The position numbers were made by a program, and so were the translations under genes. From positions 973,091 to 1,037,090 of the forward strand of contig NZ_CP133017.1 of assembly GCF_030866765.1 (NCBI RefSeq): DNA of 64,000 nucleotides. The letters run 5' to 3'. Shown here in pieces: positions 37,531-47,940 of the stretch (positions are counted from its first letter, which is position 1; every line of letters begins with the position of its first letter). This DNA is from Paenibacillus silvisoli. Lineage in GTDB: Bacteria; Bacillota; Bacilli; Paenibacillales; Paenibacillaceae. The notes under the pieces are model-generated. The model was not told the origin of the DNA and made no database searches. It saw only the letters and a program-made list of their open reading frames with translations.

Positions 37531-40500
37531 CTACTTCGTCATCCCCTGATAAAGCACCGCCAACATCTTAGCCGTCTCCTCGCGCGTAGCCGCTTGCTTC
37601 GGCGCGAAGTATACGCCTGCTTCGTTGCCGCGCGTTGTACCGCCGATGATGCCCGCTTGTTGAACAGCGGCTGCAGCTTCGACAGCATAAGCCGAGATGC
37701 TAGAAGCATCTGCGAACGTTACAGGCTCGGCCGATTGAGGCAGCGCGTAGCCATTATACTCGGCAAATCTCGCAATCATCGTCGCCATTTGCTCGCGTGT
37801 GATGCTTGCTGTCGGCGCGAAGGTCGAGCCGGAAACGCCGCTCGTAATGCCGCTAGTTGCCGCCCAAGCTACTGCCTTGGCGTAGTAAGCATCGGCGCTT
37901 ACATCGCTGAACGTGTTGCCGGCGGCAACTTCTTCAAGCTCGACACCTGCAATGCGAGCGAGAATGAGCGCGAAGTCAGCGCGAGTCACGTTCGCTTTTG
38001 GCGAGAAGCTCGTAGCTGAAGTTCCTTGGATAATATTTCGTGCCGATAAGTACGTGATGTGATCCTTGGCGAAGCTTGCCGCCACATCCGTAAACATCGC
38101 TTTCTTATGCGCAACGGCATAGTTCGAGAAGTGCTTCACTTGGAAGCTCAGCGTACCGGTAACCACATCGTAGCTTGTCTTCGGCAGCATGACGAGATCG
38201 CCGTTATCCGCAATGTAGTAGATGACGATGGCGTTGATGTCCTCGCCAGCGCTCGGTGTGTACGGAACCTGGATGCTGGCAGTACCGCCTGCAAAGTCCG
38301 CTACGTTCTTCCCGTCTGCCGTAACAGTGAACTGATAAACAGGATGGGAACCGATCGCTGCCGCAACAGCCGCTTGGGCTCCCGCCGGCAGATTCGCTGT
38401 CACATCGGATGCGCCAACGCGCGCAACGGACACGGATACATCGCCTGTTGTAGCAGCTTTCGATACGGTAGACAATGCGGTGCGGTCAAAAGCGACGCGA
38501 GCGATCCCCGCATCAACGACCACATTCAATGCCGAACTGTCCGCAATCTTATCCACTGCCGTCGCAGGCAGCGTAATTGTGTTCTGTGTTGCTTTCGAAT
38601 CTGCCACGGCCTTGATCTCAACATTGCCAGCCGCAGGCAGCTTGGACAGCGCGTCCTCGATTTGCGAGCCGGTAACAGCTGCGGCAGCACGGCCGGTGCT
38701 ATCCGTCACAGCCTTTGCTTCAGTCGTTACGTTAGATCCATCGACTACCGGCTTGTCGGGCTGCGTTGTAACCGGCGGTGTAGGAATGACTACGACTGGG
38801 CCGCCGTTCGATTTCGAAACGGTTACCGCAGCTTCAGCGATACCGAAGCCATCGGCGCTAATAGCAGTAATAATAGCGTTGCCAGCACCAACAGGCGTAA
38901 CGCGACCGGCGTTATCCACCGTTGCAACCGCAGTATTCGACGACGACCATGTAACGGTTGCAGCGTTGCCGCCCACTGGAGCGACTGTCGCAGCTACCTG
39001 CTGAGGCGCATCGCCCGTCCACAGGGCAAGCGAAGCTTTATCCAGCGTTACTTTCGTGACGTTCATTTGAAGCACGCTGATCGTGCCGCCCACTTCATTG
39101 GCAACCAAGATAAGCGGCAGGCCGGTTGGGCTTGCTGTTGCAGGGATAAATTCAATGCCTTCCGGACCTGCATCGGTTTGAAGCGGGTTCGCCGGATCGA
39201 CTGGCGTACCGAAGTTGCGCGTATTCGTATAGTTCGCGAAAATAGGACTTTCCGGATTCGTGACATCGTACGTCATGATGCCGCTGATGCGCTCCAGACC
39301 AACGAAGGCAAACGCTTTGTTGCCGACTTTGCCGACTTTCACGTACTCCGGCTCCGGTCCTTTTTTGGTGCTGCGCTTGTCGAACGCGATTTCTTTATGA
39401 TCCGAGTTGAAGTAAGCCGGCAGCCGCTCCGCAGTGATTTTCTCAAAATCATTATGGCTGTCGTAAACTTGCGCTAACGTGTCCGCGTTCCAGATGGAGA
39501 ACGAACGGCCGCCGTACATGTAGATACCGTCCGGGCCCATATCGCTTGGCACTTCGACGCTGTCATACGGCGTTTTGCCGTTTACGGTTTTGCTCGCCAG
39601 AAATTCAGCTGCAGCCGAGCCAGGAGCCAGATTCCCTTTGATCGCGCCGATGGTGGACACGCTCGTTCTGCCCGGCCATTCCGTTCCATCGCCCTCATTG
39701 GCTGTGAACACATACGTTTGGCCTCCAACGGTATACGTATCGATGCCGTCCGGCATGTACATGCCTTTGAACGGCACATTTTCAAACTTGATGGCGCCGT
39801 CTTTATTTTGCAGGTCAAGCGAGTTGGCCGGATCGTTCAGATCCTTATAGCCAAGTCCTTTAACGGAGGTTACTTTACCTTGCGCAATGTCAATCGTCGC
39901 GATGGCATTGCTTTCTTGCAGCGAGGCATAAGCAATGGTTTCGTCTTCGGAAAGCGCAATGTACTCAGGCTCAAAATCGTACACAGCCGCTTCCTTCGAT
40001 GCAGCCGGCCCTGTAATGATGCCCTTGTCGTCAACGGTGCCGCGCAGATGAACGAGGTCGTCGATGACGCTCGTATCGTCGAATTTCACATGCTTCACGG
40101 TATTCGCGACCGTATCGACGATCGTAATGCTGCCCTCTGGGTCGTCGCCATTCAGTCTTGGCTCGCCTTCGTCGGCAGTCAGCACATAGCGGCCGTCCTT
40201 GGTTACTTTGATCATATCCGGTTGAACGCCGGCTTCATAGGACTTCACGAAGTTTCCATCGTAGTCGTATACGAGAATAACGCCGTTCTTCATATGGTCC
40301 TCTTCTTGAATGGCCGCATAGACCAAATCGTTCATCGTATCGATGTCTACGCTGGTGAAGTCGCCATATACAAAATTCGGGATATGGTCGGCAACCGTCG
40401 TTTCGATGTTAATTTGTTTCGCGTCTTGTTCCGGTGCGCCGTTGCTGCCCAAGCTGACGATGTCCAGCGTAGCAGGATCGCTTGAGCCGTTGACCGAGTA

Positions 40501-41724
40501 GAACGAATGATTGTCCGGATTGTATTTGACGATTTCGGCTACGCCGCCTTCCTCATTCGGTGCACCGGCGATAAACGAGCCGAGCCTCGTAATGGATACG
40601 GTGTCCAGATGAGGCGTGTTCACGTTCAGCGTAAAGGATTTGGAGATCGAAGCCGATGCGCCGTCCGTAATCGTGACTTCAACTTGATTCGTCGCAGGAG
40701 CGTCTGCGGCAGGCGTACCGGAAATGACTCCTGTAGCCGCGTCAATAGCCAATCCCGCAGGCAGTCCCGTCGCGCTAAAAGCATACGGAGTCGTTCCGCC
40801 GCTCACGACGACCGCAGCCGTGTAGGCTACGCTAATCGCTGCATCCGGCAGCGAAGCCGTTGTCACGACAAGCGGGCTTGGCGGAGGCGGCGTAAAGCCC
40901 CATGCGCCGTCGCTGCCGCTGCGCGGACCGTAGGTTGCAACCCCGGCATCGCCAACAGTCATGTCGCCATAAATCACTTGCACGAAATCGTTCTTGTTAT
41001 TGTCCGTATCCGCAAAATGCACCCGGCGCAGCGACATGTTTTTGGATGTGCCGCCCGTCGTTCCTACAGGGCCCGTGCCAACCGCAGGACCGGCAGGGTA
41101 TGCCGACTCATAGCCGTCGATATCGGTTGTTTTATCGTTGCTTCCCGTACCGAGCATGTCCACATAGCCGGCCGGCTTAGTGGCAAAAGGATTGAGATCG
41201 ACCGTTTGATCCAGCAGCGTCTGGCTGCTCATCAGAACGAGCTTCATGCCTTTGTTCTGAAGAGGTATCAAGGAGCTGTCCGATACTTTCGTAAAGTCGA
41301 TATCTTTTTTCGCTACTTCCAAAATGGTTGAAGGCGACGTCGATTCGGCAGCGCGTATGAGGTAGGAGGAGTGCGCTTTAATCGTGCCTGTGAGGTCTAA
41401 TTTCTGCCAGGCTCCGGTTGCTCCCGTTGCAGTGTCTCCGCGGTCGGCATACTGAATGGACCATGTGCTGAGATTCACGTCGGAATCGGTTGGGTTATAT
41501 AGTTCAATAAACCCATAGTTGGCTGCACCGCCCGTCGAAGTGCCGGACCCGTAATATTGGTTAATGACGATATGCGGTACGGTAACATCGTAAACGCCGC
41601 CTGCATTGTAAGGGGTGCCCGGTGCGGCAGCCGCCGCCGATGCAGGAATGACAGCCAGCAATGAGCCTGCAGCGATTTCCGCTGACAGCAGTAGAGACAA
41701 CAGTCTCTTGTTTCTCGTTCTCAC
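37531..41724 (-). CDS. Large S-layer-anchored surface protein: signal peptide, lamin-tail domain, Ig-like domains, phytase-like/choice-of-anchor-I beta-propeller-like region, Big_2, three C-terminal SLH domains
   Basis: GTG start at 41724 (AGGAG RBS) giving MRTRNKRLLSLLLSAEIAAGSLLAVIPASA. LTD block YGFIELYNPTDSDVNLSTWSIQY. Big_2 TVTWSSSNTAVATVDNAGRVT. Three SLH repeats (FTDVAASFAKDHITYL..., FSDVSADAYYAKAVAWA..., FADASSISAYAVEAAAA...). Confidence 0.7.
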   Translation of the reverse strand: MRTRNKRLLSLLLSAEIAAGSLLAVIPASAAAAAPGTPYNAGGVYDVTVPHIVINQYYGSGTSTGGAANYGFIELYNPTDSDVNLSTWSIQYADRGDTATGATGAWQKLDLTGTIKAHSSYLIRAAESTSPSTILEVAKKDIDFTKVSDSSLIPLQNKGMKLVLMSSQTLLDQTVDLNPFATKPAGYVDMLGTGSNDKTTDIDGYESAYPAGPAVGTGPVGTTGGTSKNMSLRRVHFADTDNNKNDFVQVIYGDMTVGDAGVATYGPRSGSDGAWGFTPPPPSPLVVTTASLPDAAISVAYTAAVVVSGGTTPYAFSATGLPAGLAIDAATGVISGTPAADAPATNQVEVTITDGASASISKSFTLNVNTPHLDTVSITRLGSFIAGAPNEEGGVAEIVKYNPDNHSFYSVNGSSDPATLDIVSLGSNGAPEQDAKQINIETTVADHIPNFVYGDFTSVDIDTMNDLVYAAIQEEDHMKNGVILVYDYDGNFVKSYEAGVQPDMIKVTKDGRYVLTADEGEPRLNGDDPEGSITIVDTVANTVKHVKFDDTSVIDDLVHLRGTVDDKGIITGPAASKEAAVYDFEPEYIALSEDETIAYASLQESNAIATIDIAQGKVTSVKGLGYKDLNDPANSLDLQNKDGAIKFENVPFKGMYMPDGIDTYTVGGQTYVFTANEGDGTEWPGRTSVSTIGAIKGNLAPGSAAAEFLASKTVNGKTPYDSVEVPSDMGPDGIYMYGGRSFSIWNADTLAQVYDSHNDFEKITAERLPAYFNSDHKEIAFDKRSTKKGPEPEYVKVGKVGNKAFAFVGLERISGIMTYDVTNPESPIFANYTNTRNFGTPVDPANPLQTDAGPEGIEFIPATASPTGLPLILVANEVGGTISVLQMNVTKVTLDKASLALWTGDAPQQVAATVAPVGGNAATVTWSSSNTAVATVDNAGRVTPVGAGNAIITAISADGFGIAEAAVTVSKSNGGPVVVIPTPPVTTQPDKPVVDGSNVTTEAKAVTDSTGRAAAAVTGSQIEDALSKLPAAGNVEIKAVADSKATQNTITLPATAVDKIADSSALNVVVDAGIARVAFDRTALSTVSKAATTGDVSVSVARVGASDVTANLPAGAQAAVAAAIGSHPVYQFTVTADGKNVADFAGGTASIQVPYTPSAGEDINAIVIYYIADNGDLVMLPKTSYDVVTGTLSFQVKHFSNYAVAHKKAMFTDVAASFAKDHITYLSARNIIQGTSATSFSPKANVTRADFALILARIAGVELEEVAAGNTFSDVSADAYYAKAVAWAATSGITSGVSGSTFAPTASITREQMATMIARFAEYNGYALPQSAEPVTFADASSISAYAVEAAAAVQQAGIIGGTTRGNEAGVYFAPKQAATREETAKMLAVLYQGMTK

Positions 41725-41920
41725 CTGTTCTTCAGCTCCTATTTGAGAGATCTTCTCATAGAGCATAAGGGCGAAATATGTTGACTCTATTAAGTTGGTT
41801 TGAAATTATTGTAAACTTACTGGGAATTCGAGCTGGAAAATGGTTAAGAGGATTACCCGCCGGCATCGCGAATACTATGGAGAGTTAAAACGACTTGCAT
41901 CTGCGAAGGAGCATGTGAAC

Positions 41921-43177
41921 GTGGAGAACAATCGAAATTGGGCCGGGAATTTGTCGTATAGCGCCGCGGAGCTGCTTACCCCGGAAAATAAAAGTCAATT
42001 GCAGGAGATGGTTGCGCAAAGCGGCAGCCGAATTAAAGCGCTTGGCACGCGTCATTCGTTCAATGGAATCGCCGATAGCGCAGGAACGCATCTATCCCTT
42101 CAGAAAATGAACCGCGTGCTGGAATTGGACCGCGAAAATAACAAGGTAACCGTAGAAGGCGGTATCCGCTACGGGGAGCTGAGCGAGTATTTGCATGCGA
42201 ACGGCTATGCGCTGCACAATCTGGCTTCGCTACCGCATATCAGCGTAGCCGGCGCGTGCGCGACGGCCACGCATGGCTCGGGCGATCGCAACGGCAATCT
42301 CGCGACGGCTGTCTCGGCCATGACGCTGATCAAAGCGGACGGCGAAGCGGTAAAGCTGACCCGCGGCCAGCCGGATGGCAGCTTCGAGGGCGCTGTCGTC
42401 GGCCTCGGCGCGCTGGGCGTTGTCGCCGACCTGACGCTTGACGTCGTTCCTTCGTTTGAGGTCAGCCAGCGTTTATATGAGAATTTGCCGCTGGCTATGC
42501 TGGAACGGTATTTTGAGGCTATTTTCACCTCGGCCTACAGCGTTAGCTTGTTCACGGATTGGAAGAGACCGGTGTTCAATCAGGTCTGGCTGAAGCATCG
42601 GACGGAAGATGGCATCGGTTACGACGCACCGTTGTTTTTCGGAGCGCCGCTTGCGACAGAGAAGCTGCATCCCGTGCCGGGCATTTCGGCGGAAAACTGC
42701 AGTGAGCAGTTGGGTGCGCCGGGGCCTTGGTATGATCGGCTGCCGCATTTCCGCTTGAACTTCATGCCGAGCGCTGGTGAAGAGCTGCAGAGCGAATATT
42801 TCGTCCCGCGTCATCATGCCTACGATGCGCTGCTCGCGATTGATAGCCTAAGAGAGCACATCGCGCCGCTGCTGTACATATCCGAAGTTCGCTCGATCGC
42901 TAGCGATGACCTGTGGATGAGCCCATGCTACGGCCAGCAGACGGTGGCGGTTCATTTTACGTGGAAGGCGGACTGGGAAGGCGTTCGGCAGGTGCTGCCG
43001 CTGATCGAGAAGAAGCTCGAGCCGTTCCAAGCGAAGCCGCATTGGGGTAAGCTGTTTACGATGCCGGCCGATCGGGTTCGGCCGTTGTACGAGAAGCTGC
43101 CTGATTTTCTGAAGCTTCGCGAGCAGTTTGATCCGCAGGGGAAATTCCGGAACGATCTCTTGGATGCATACTTATAA
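41921..43177 (+). CDS. FAD-binding oxidoreductase of the D-arabinono-1,4-lactone / alditol oxidase (ALO/GULO) family
   Basis: NWAGN...KALGTRHSFNGIADS FAD-binding block plus an ALO-type C-terminus. Start placed at the in-frame GTG behind AAGGAG (ENNRNWAGN); the track's ATG at 41840 has no RBS. My hand count of the displayed sequence and the track frame disagree by about 1 nt near here, so the start is ±3 nt. Confidence 0.65.
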   Translation: MENNRNWAGNLSYSAAELLTPENKSQLQEMVAQSGSRIKALGTRHSFNGIADSAGTHLSLQKMNRVLELDRENNKVTVEGGIRYGELSEYLHANGYALHNLASLPHISVAGACATATHGSGDRNGNLATAVSAMTLIKADGEAVKLTRGQPDGSFEGAVVGLGALGVVADLTLDVVPSFEVSQRLYENLPLAMLERYFEAIFTSAYSVSLFTDWKRPVFNQVWLKHRTEDGIGYDAPLFFGAPLATEKLHPVPGISAENCSEQLGAPGPWYDRLPHFRLNFMPSAGEELQSEYFVPRHHAYDALLAIDSLREHIAPLLYISEVRSIASDDLWMSPCYGQQTVAVHFTWKADWEGVRQVLPLIEKKLEPFQAKPHWGKLFTMPADRVRPLYEKLPDFLKLREQFDPQGKFRNDLLDAYL

Positions 43178-43181
43178 CAAA

Positions 43182-43215
43182 TAAGACCCAAGCGCCTTGG
43201 CGCTTGGGTCTTTCT
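43182..43215 (+). terminator. Terminator after the FAD oxidase gene
   Basis: agacccaagcgcc-ttg-gcgcttgggtct followed by TTCTCATTTT. Confidence 0.7.
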
Positions 43216-43287
43216 CATTTTCCGCATAACATGCCACTCAATGGGAAATCCTACCTTATGCATTTTGGAATATTGCTCCAGTTCTCG

Positions 43288-43473
43288 TTAGGTCGGCTGC
43301 TGCCGCTCCTTCCGATGCTGGAAGTACTGCTTGATCAGCTTCTTCCCGTTTATAAAATACCACACAATGAACGGCGACATGATGTTCACGCCAAGAACGA
43401 TATACACAATGATCCACATAAACCATTCGGTGTTGATCACTTTTTGATACATCCAAGAGTGATAAAAGTCCAT
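43288..43473 (-). CDS. Small hydrophobic protein (61 aa), possible membrane peptide
   Basis: MDFYHSWMYQKVINTEWFMWIIVYIVLGVNIMSPFIVWYFINGKK has two hydrophobic stretches. AT-rich segment between GC-rich genes. Confidence 0.3.
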   Translation of the reverse strand: MDFYHSWMYQKVINTEWFMWIIVYIVLGVNIMSPFIVWYFINGKKLIKQYFQHRKERQQPT

Positions 43474-43578
43474 AACGTTCGGGCTCCTTTGCCTGGCGGC
43501 GGGTAACCGCCTGAATGCAATGGTTATTGTAATCCATCACCGACAGGTCTATACCGAGGCAGAAAGGAGGAAGCGCAA

Positions 43579-45114
43579 ATGTCGACCGCCCAGGAGAAAT
43601 TACAAGCGCAATTGGATGCTTCCTTCACGCCGCAATTATCCGGCAATATCGCGGCGCTCGACCAAATTCTCGGCAAGAGCGCCGATATGCAGCAGCGTGA
43701 TTTCAAGCTTTGCGGCAGCTCCGAATTCCCCGGTGTGTGCTGCTTCGTGGATGGGCTGGCGGATGCGTCGATCATCGAGGCGATCCTCAAGGCGCTCGTC
43801 ATATTCGGCAGCGACCTGCACCGCGACCCGGCAGCGATGCCGACGGCGGACGATATTCAAACGACGCTCATGGTCAACGCCTCCGCGAAGCCGTGCGGCA
43901 AAGTCCGCGACGGCATTGCCGGCATCGTATCCGGCGATACGCTCGTCCTGATTGAAGGCCTCGACCAGGCCATTCTCGTCAGCACCAAAGGCTGGAAGGA
44001 CCGGGGCATCGAGGAACCTTCCTCGGAAAATAACGTTCGCGGGCCGAGGGACGGCTTTACGGAGAGCATTCGCACCAATACCGCGCATGTGCGCAGGCGG
44101 ATCAAGGATCCGCTGCTTCGCTTCGATGCCATGGTTATCGGCACGCGGACGCAGACGGACATCAACATCGCCTATATACAGGACATCGTCAAAGAAGGTT
44201 TGGTCGATGAAGTCAAACGACGGCTCAAAGGCATCAAAATCGACGCGATTCTGGAGAGCGGCTACATCGAGGAGCTGATCGAAGACGCGCCGCTGTCGCC
44301 GTTCAATACGGTGCAAAGCACGGAGCGGCCGGATAAGGTCGCATCCGCTCTATTGGAAGGCCGAGTCGCGATCTTCATCGACAATACGCCGGTCGTATTA
44401 ACCGTGCCGACGTTCTTCTGGCAGTTTATCCAAGCGCCGGACGACTACTACAACCGCTACTGGGTCGGGTCTTTTTTTCGCAGCGTGCGGTACTTGGCGC
44501 TCATTATCAGTCTAGTGCTGCCGTCGATCTACGTCATGCTGGTTTCGTTCCATCATGAAATGATTCCGACCTCGCTCGCGCTCACCATCGCATCCGGCCG
44601 GGAGGTTGTTCCGTTCCCCGTGCTGCTGGAGGCCATTATGCTGGAGATCGCCTTCGAGCTTATGAGGGAAGCGGGTCTGCGGATGCCCAAGCCGATCGGC
44701 CAAGCGGTCAGCATCGTAGGCTCGCTCATCATCGGACAAGCGGCGGTGCAAGCGGGTCTTGTTTCCCCGTTTATGGTCATCGTCGTGGCCATTACGGAGA
44801 TTTCGTCCTTCGCCATTCCGAGCTATTCCTCATCGCTGGCGCTGCGCATTTTCCGCTTCCCGCTGCTGATCGCGTCCGGCGTTTTCGGCTTGTTGGGCTT
44901 CGCCACCGTATTTTTCGCGCTGCTGCTTCATGCCTTGTCGATCCGATCGTTTGGGGAATCGTTTATGGCGCCGGCCAGCCCGTTCCGCCCGTCCGATCAG
45001 CGCGATATGCTGCTGCGGATGCCGCTTTGGATGCAAAACCAGCGGCCGGAATTTGCGCAGGACCAGCAGCGTATGGGAGAGCAGCAGATGCCGCGACCGC
45101 CCAAAGGAGGCTAA
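43579..45114 (+). CDS. Spore germination protein, GerA-family A subunit
   Basis: 511 aa GerAA/GerKA-like with a C-terminal membrane region. Confidence 0.8.
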   Translation: MSTAQEKLQAQLDASFTPQLSGNIAALDQILGKSADMQQRDFKLCGSSEFPGVCCFVDGLADASIIEAILKALVIFGSDLHRDPAAMPTADDIQTTLMVNASAKPCGKVRDGIAGIVSGDTLVLIEGLDQAILVSTKGWKDRGIEEPSSENNVRGPRDGFTESIRTNTAHVRRRIKDPLLRFDAMVIGTRTQTDINIAYIQDIVKEGLVDEVKRRLKGIKIDAILESGYIEELIEDAPLSPFNTVQSTERPDKVASALLEGRVAIFIDNTPVVLTVPTFFWQFIQAPDDYYNRYWVGSFFRSVRYLALIISLVLPSIYVMLVSFHHEMIPTSLALTIASGREVVPFPVLLEAIMLEIAFELMREAGLRMPKPIGQAVSIVGSLIIGQAAVQAGLVSPFMVIVVAITEISSFAIPSYSSSLALRIFRFPLLIASGVFGLLGFATVFFALLLHALSIRSFGESFMAPASPFRPSDQRDMLLRMPLWMQNQRPEFAQDQQRMGEQQMPRPPKGG

Positions 45115-45120
45115 ACCATC

Positions 45121-46308
45121 ATGAAACGAGCCGTAGGATTGCTCATCACGCTGATCATGCTGTTGACTCAGACCTCCTGCCTTGGCTTGCGTCAAATCAA
45201 CGAGCTCGCGATCGTCACGGCGGTCGGACTCGATCTCGGGGATAAGCCCGGCACGATCCGGGTATCGGCGCAGATTATCCGGCCGGCGGATGCGCGGGGG
45301 CAGACCGGGGCGCCGTCGGGCGGAACCGGCCAGCCGATCTACTCGATCGTCTCGGACGGGACGTCGATCTTCGACGCGATCCGTAACCTGGGGCGCATTT
45401 CTTCTCGCCGCGTGTATTGGGCGCATAATTTCTTCATCATCATGAGCGAGGACTATGCCAGGAAGGGCATCAAGGATATGGTCGACTTTTTCACGCGCAA
45501 TCATGAGCTTCGCATGAATACATGGGTGGCGGTCACGCCTAACATCCCCGACGAGGTCATTTCTACGATTACCGGCCTTGAAGTGGTGCCCGGCGAAGCG
45601 GTTAACCGGCTGTTTCAGAACAATCACGTCGTCGGCCGCGCGCCGGCCAGCGATATGATGAATTTGGAGGAAGCCTTCTTAAGCAGCTCGACCGAGCCTG
45701 TCCTTGCCCGGGTTCAGCTTATGCCCAGAGGCATTTCCAATCTAAAGCCCGAAGAACATGGTTCGTTGAAGCAGGTGGAGCTGGGCGGGGCGGCAGCGTT
45801 TCTCGGCGACAAAATGGTTGGCTGGCTCAACGTGAAAGAAGCGCGCGGTCTTCTCTTTTTCCTGGAAAACCTGGCGAGCGGTATCGAGGTCGTGAATTGC
45901 CCCGATGGCGACGAGGTGATGTCCGTTGAATTCAGGCGCGCGCATTTGAAGGTGACGCCAGCCTATGAGAACCAAGAGCCGAAGTTCCGCATACGGCTGA
46001 CCACGGAAGCGGACATTGTGGAAAGCGGGTGCAGCTTCAGTCTCGGCGAAGGGGTTCGCCGCGAAGCGGAAGAGAAGCTGGAGAAGCAGCTGAAATCCAA
46101 TATCGACAGCGTCATCGACAAAGCGCAGCACCGGTATCGCTCCGATTTCATGAAGCTTGGCGACGTGTTCCGGAATCGATTTCCGGAGGAATGGCGCGTG
46201 TTGAAGCGGGATTGGAATCAGACCTTCTCGGACGCGCAGATCGATGTGGAGGTCAACGCATCCATTAAGAGCGGTGTCGTTAAAGCGGTAGGGACGGATA
46301 TCCGATGA
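45121..46308 (+). CDS. Germination lipoprotein, Ger(x)C family
   Basis: Lipobox LLTQTSCLG. Ger(x)C-like length and composition. Confidence 0.75.
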   Translation: MKRAVGLLITLIMLLTQTSCLGLRQINELAIVTAVGLDLGDKPGTIRVSAQIIRPADARGQTGAPSGGTGQPIYSIVSDGTSIFDAIRNLGRISSRRVYWAHNFFIIMSEDYARKGIKDMVDFFTRNHELRMNTWVAVTPNIPDEVISTITGLEVVPGEAVNRLFQNNHVVGRAPASDMMNLEEAFLSSSTEPVLARVQLMPRGISNLKPEEHGSLKQVELGGAAAFLGDKMVGWLNVKEARGLLFFLENLASGIEVVNCPDGDEVMSVEFRRAHLKVTPAYENQEPKFRIRLTTEADIVESGCSFSLGEGVRREAEEKLEKQLKSNIDSVIDKAQHRYRSDFMKLGDVFRNRFPEEWRVLKRDWNQTFSDAQIDVEVNASIKSGVVKAVGTDIR

Positions 46309-47420
46309 CAAACGAGAAGCAGACGAAAGTACAAATCACGAAAGGCATGTTCATCGCATTGTTCGTCAATCTCATCTTCGTCAAAGCGATCGGCGTGACG
46401 CAAGGCTCCATCGCGCGCCAGGTCGGCCAGGACATGTGGATCGCCACGCTTCTGGGGACGCTGCAAGGGATCGCGATGATGTACATCACGTATGTCGTCA
46501 TTCGCAAAACGCCGAGCCTCGACTTTATGGCGCTAACCGAGCGGTTGGCAGGCAAATGGGCCGCCAAAATCCTCGCCTTGATCGTGTTCTTGTTCTTCTT
46601 GGCCGGTTTTGGGCCGATCATGATTACGTTCGTCTATCATTTGCAGGATTATTTTCTCCCGGAGGCGCCGCTCTATCTCTTCATCGTCGCGCCGCTGCTG
46701 GTCGGCTCGCTGGGTTGCTTCTATGGGCTGGAGGTGATGGCGCGGCTGGCGCTAGTGGGGCTGCTGTTTATTTTCCTGCTGAATTTGCTGATCATCATGG
46801 GCTCTACGAATGAGTTCGATATCCGGAATTTGCTTCCGGTCATGGAAAACGGCTTTCCCCGCACCTTCGCAGCGAGCTTGGATTTCGATACGGACTGGGC
46901 GCTCGCGACGATGCTGGCCGGAATCGTTCTGCCATCGGTGAAGAACGCGGGAAAGGCCGGCGGCAAAGCCGCTATGGTCGGTATTCTGGCCAGCGGCCTG
47001 CTGACCATGATTTGGTCCATTCTCGAAGGCGCAGTCTTGTCGGCGGAAGTGACGAGCCAGTACACGATTTCCTGCATGAAGCTGGCCCGCAACGCGCATA
47101 TGGGCAATTTTCTGCAGCGGTACGAAATGATTATGATCGCGTTGTACTCGATCCCGATCCTATGCGAGATCATGTTCTGCATTTATGCCACCTCGATCAG
47201 CGCCGCTCGCATAGCCGGATTGAAAAGCAACCGCACGATGATCCCGATCGTCAGCGTCCTATTGGGCGTGTTCGGGTACTGGATCGTGGACGATCATTTT
47301 CGCGCCATCAATTACCTGGAAAATTTCTGGCCGTGGATTGCGCTGCCGGTTGCGTTCGGCCTGCCGGTCCTGATGCTCCTCCTGCGTCTGATGCTGGGGA
47401 AGAAGCTAAACAAAGCGTAA
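46305..47420 (+). CDS. Spore germination protein, Ger(x)B permease subunit (APC-superfamily-like)
   Basis: 371 aa polytopic membrane protein. Overlaps the C gene stop (ATGA). A-C-B order as in gerK. Confidence 0.75.
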   Translation: MTNEKQTKVQITKGMFIALFVNLIFVKAIGVTQGSIARQVGQDMWIATLLGTLQGIAMMYITYVVIRKTPSLDFMALTERLAGKWAAKILALIVFLFFLAGFGPIMITFVYHLQDYFLPEAPLYLFIVAPLLVGSLGCFYGLEVMARLALVGLLFIFLLNLLIIMGSTNEFDIRNLLPVMENGFPRTFAASLDFDTDWALATMLAGIVLPSVKNAGKAGGKAAMVGILASGLLTMIWSILEGAVLSAEVTSQYTISCMKLARNAHMGNFLQRYEMIMIALYSIPILCEIMFCIYATSISAARIAGLKSNRTMIPIVSVLLGVFGYWIVDDHFRAINYLENFWPWIALPVAFGLPVLMLLLRLMLGKKLNKA

Positions 47421-47471
47421 GCGGGCAGGTATAATAGGAGAGCGCAGATTATCGGGTAGAGGGATGGTTTC

Positions 47472-47786
47472 ATGGAACAAAAGCAATTCATTTACTTGCT
47501 CCGGCTCGTTCCTTCCTTGCATCGCGAGGAGAATTGGACGGACGAAGCGAATGCGATCGTCGGCCGGCATTTTCGGTATTTGAAGCGGCATTTGGAGCAA
47601 GGCACGCTGATCATGGCAGGACGAACGTCGCCGGTCGACGAGACGACGTTCGGCATTGTGGTGTTTAAAGCGGCGGACATGGAGGCGGCCCGCGCGTTCA
47701 TGCGGCAGGACCCAGCCGTTGCCGAAGGGGTCATGACGGCGGAGCTGTCGCCTTTTCACGTCGCGTTATCCGCGATGACGGTGTAG
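47472..47786 (+). CDS. YciI-family protein
   Basis: 104 aa. YLLRLVPSLHREENWTDEANAIVGRHFRYLKRHLEQGTLIMAGRT...FKAADMEAARAFMRQDP matches YciI-like dimeric alpha+beta barrel proteins. Confidence 0.65.
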   Translation: MEQKQFIYLLRLVPSLHREENWTDEANAIVGRHFRYLKRHLEQGTLIMAGRTSPVDETTFGIVVFKAADMEAARAFMRQDPAVAEGVMTAELSPFHVALSAMTV

Positions 47787-47794
47787 GTGCGGTT

Positions 47795-47845
47795 GAGTTG
47801 AAGGCTTCGAACGATGTTGAATCGTTCGGGGTCTTTTTTTTCGCT
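47795..47845 (+). terminator. Terminator after the ger-yciI cluster
   Basis: cgaacgatgttgaatcgttcgg hairpin followed by GGTCTTTTTTTTCG. Confidence 0.7.
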
Positions 47846-47940
47846 GCTAATCGACAAATCATGACTAGTAATGTAGTGTTATTTCATAGACTAGCACTTC
47901 CATGAATCTGCTAAAATTACTAGAAAATAGAGGTGTCAAC

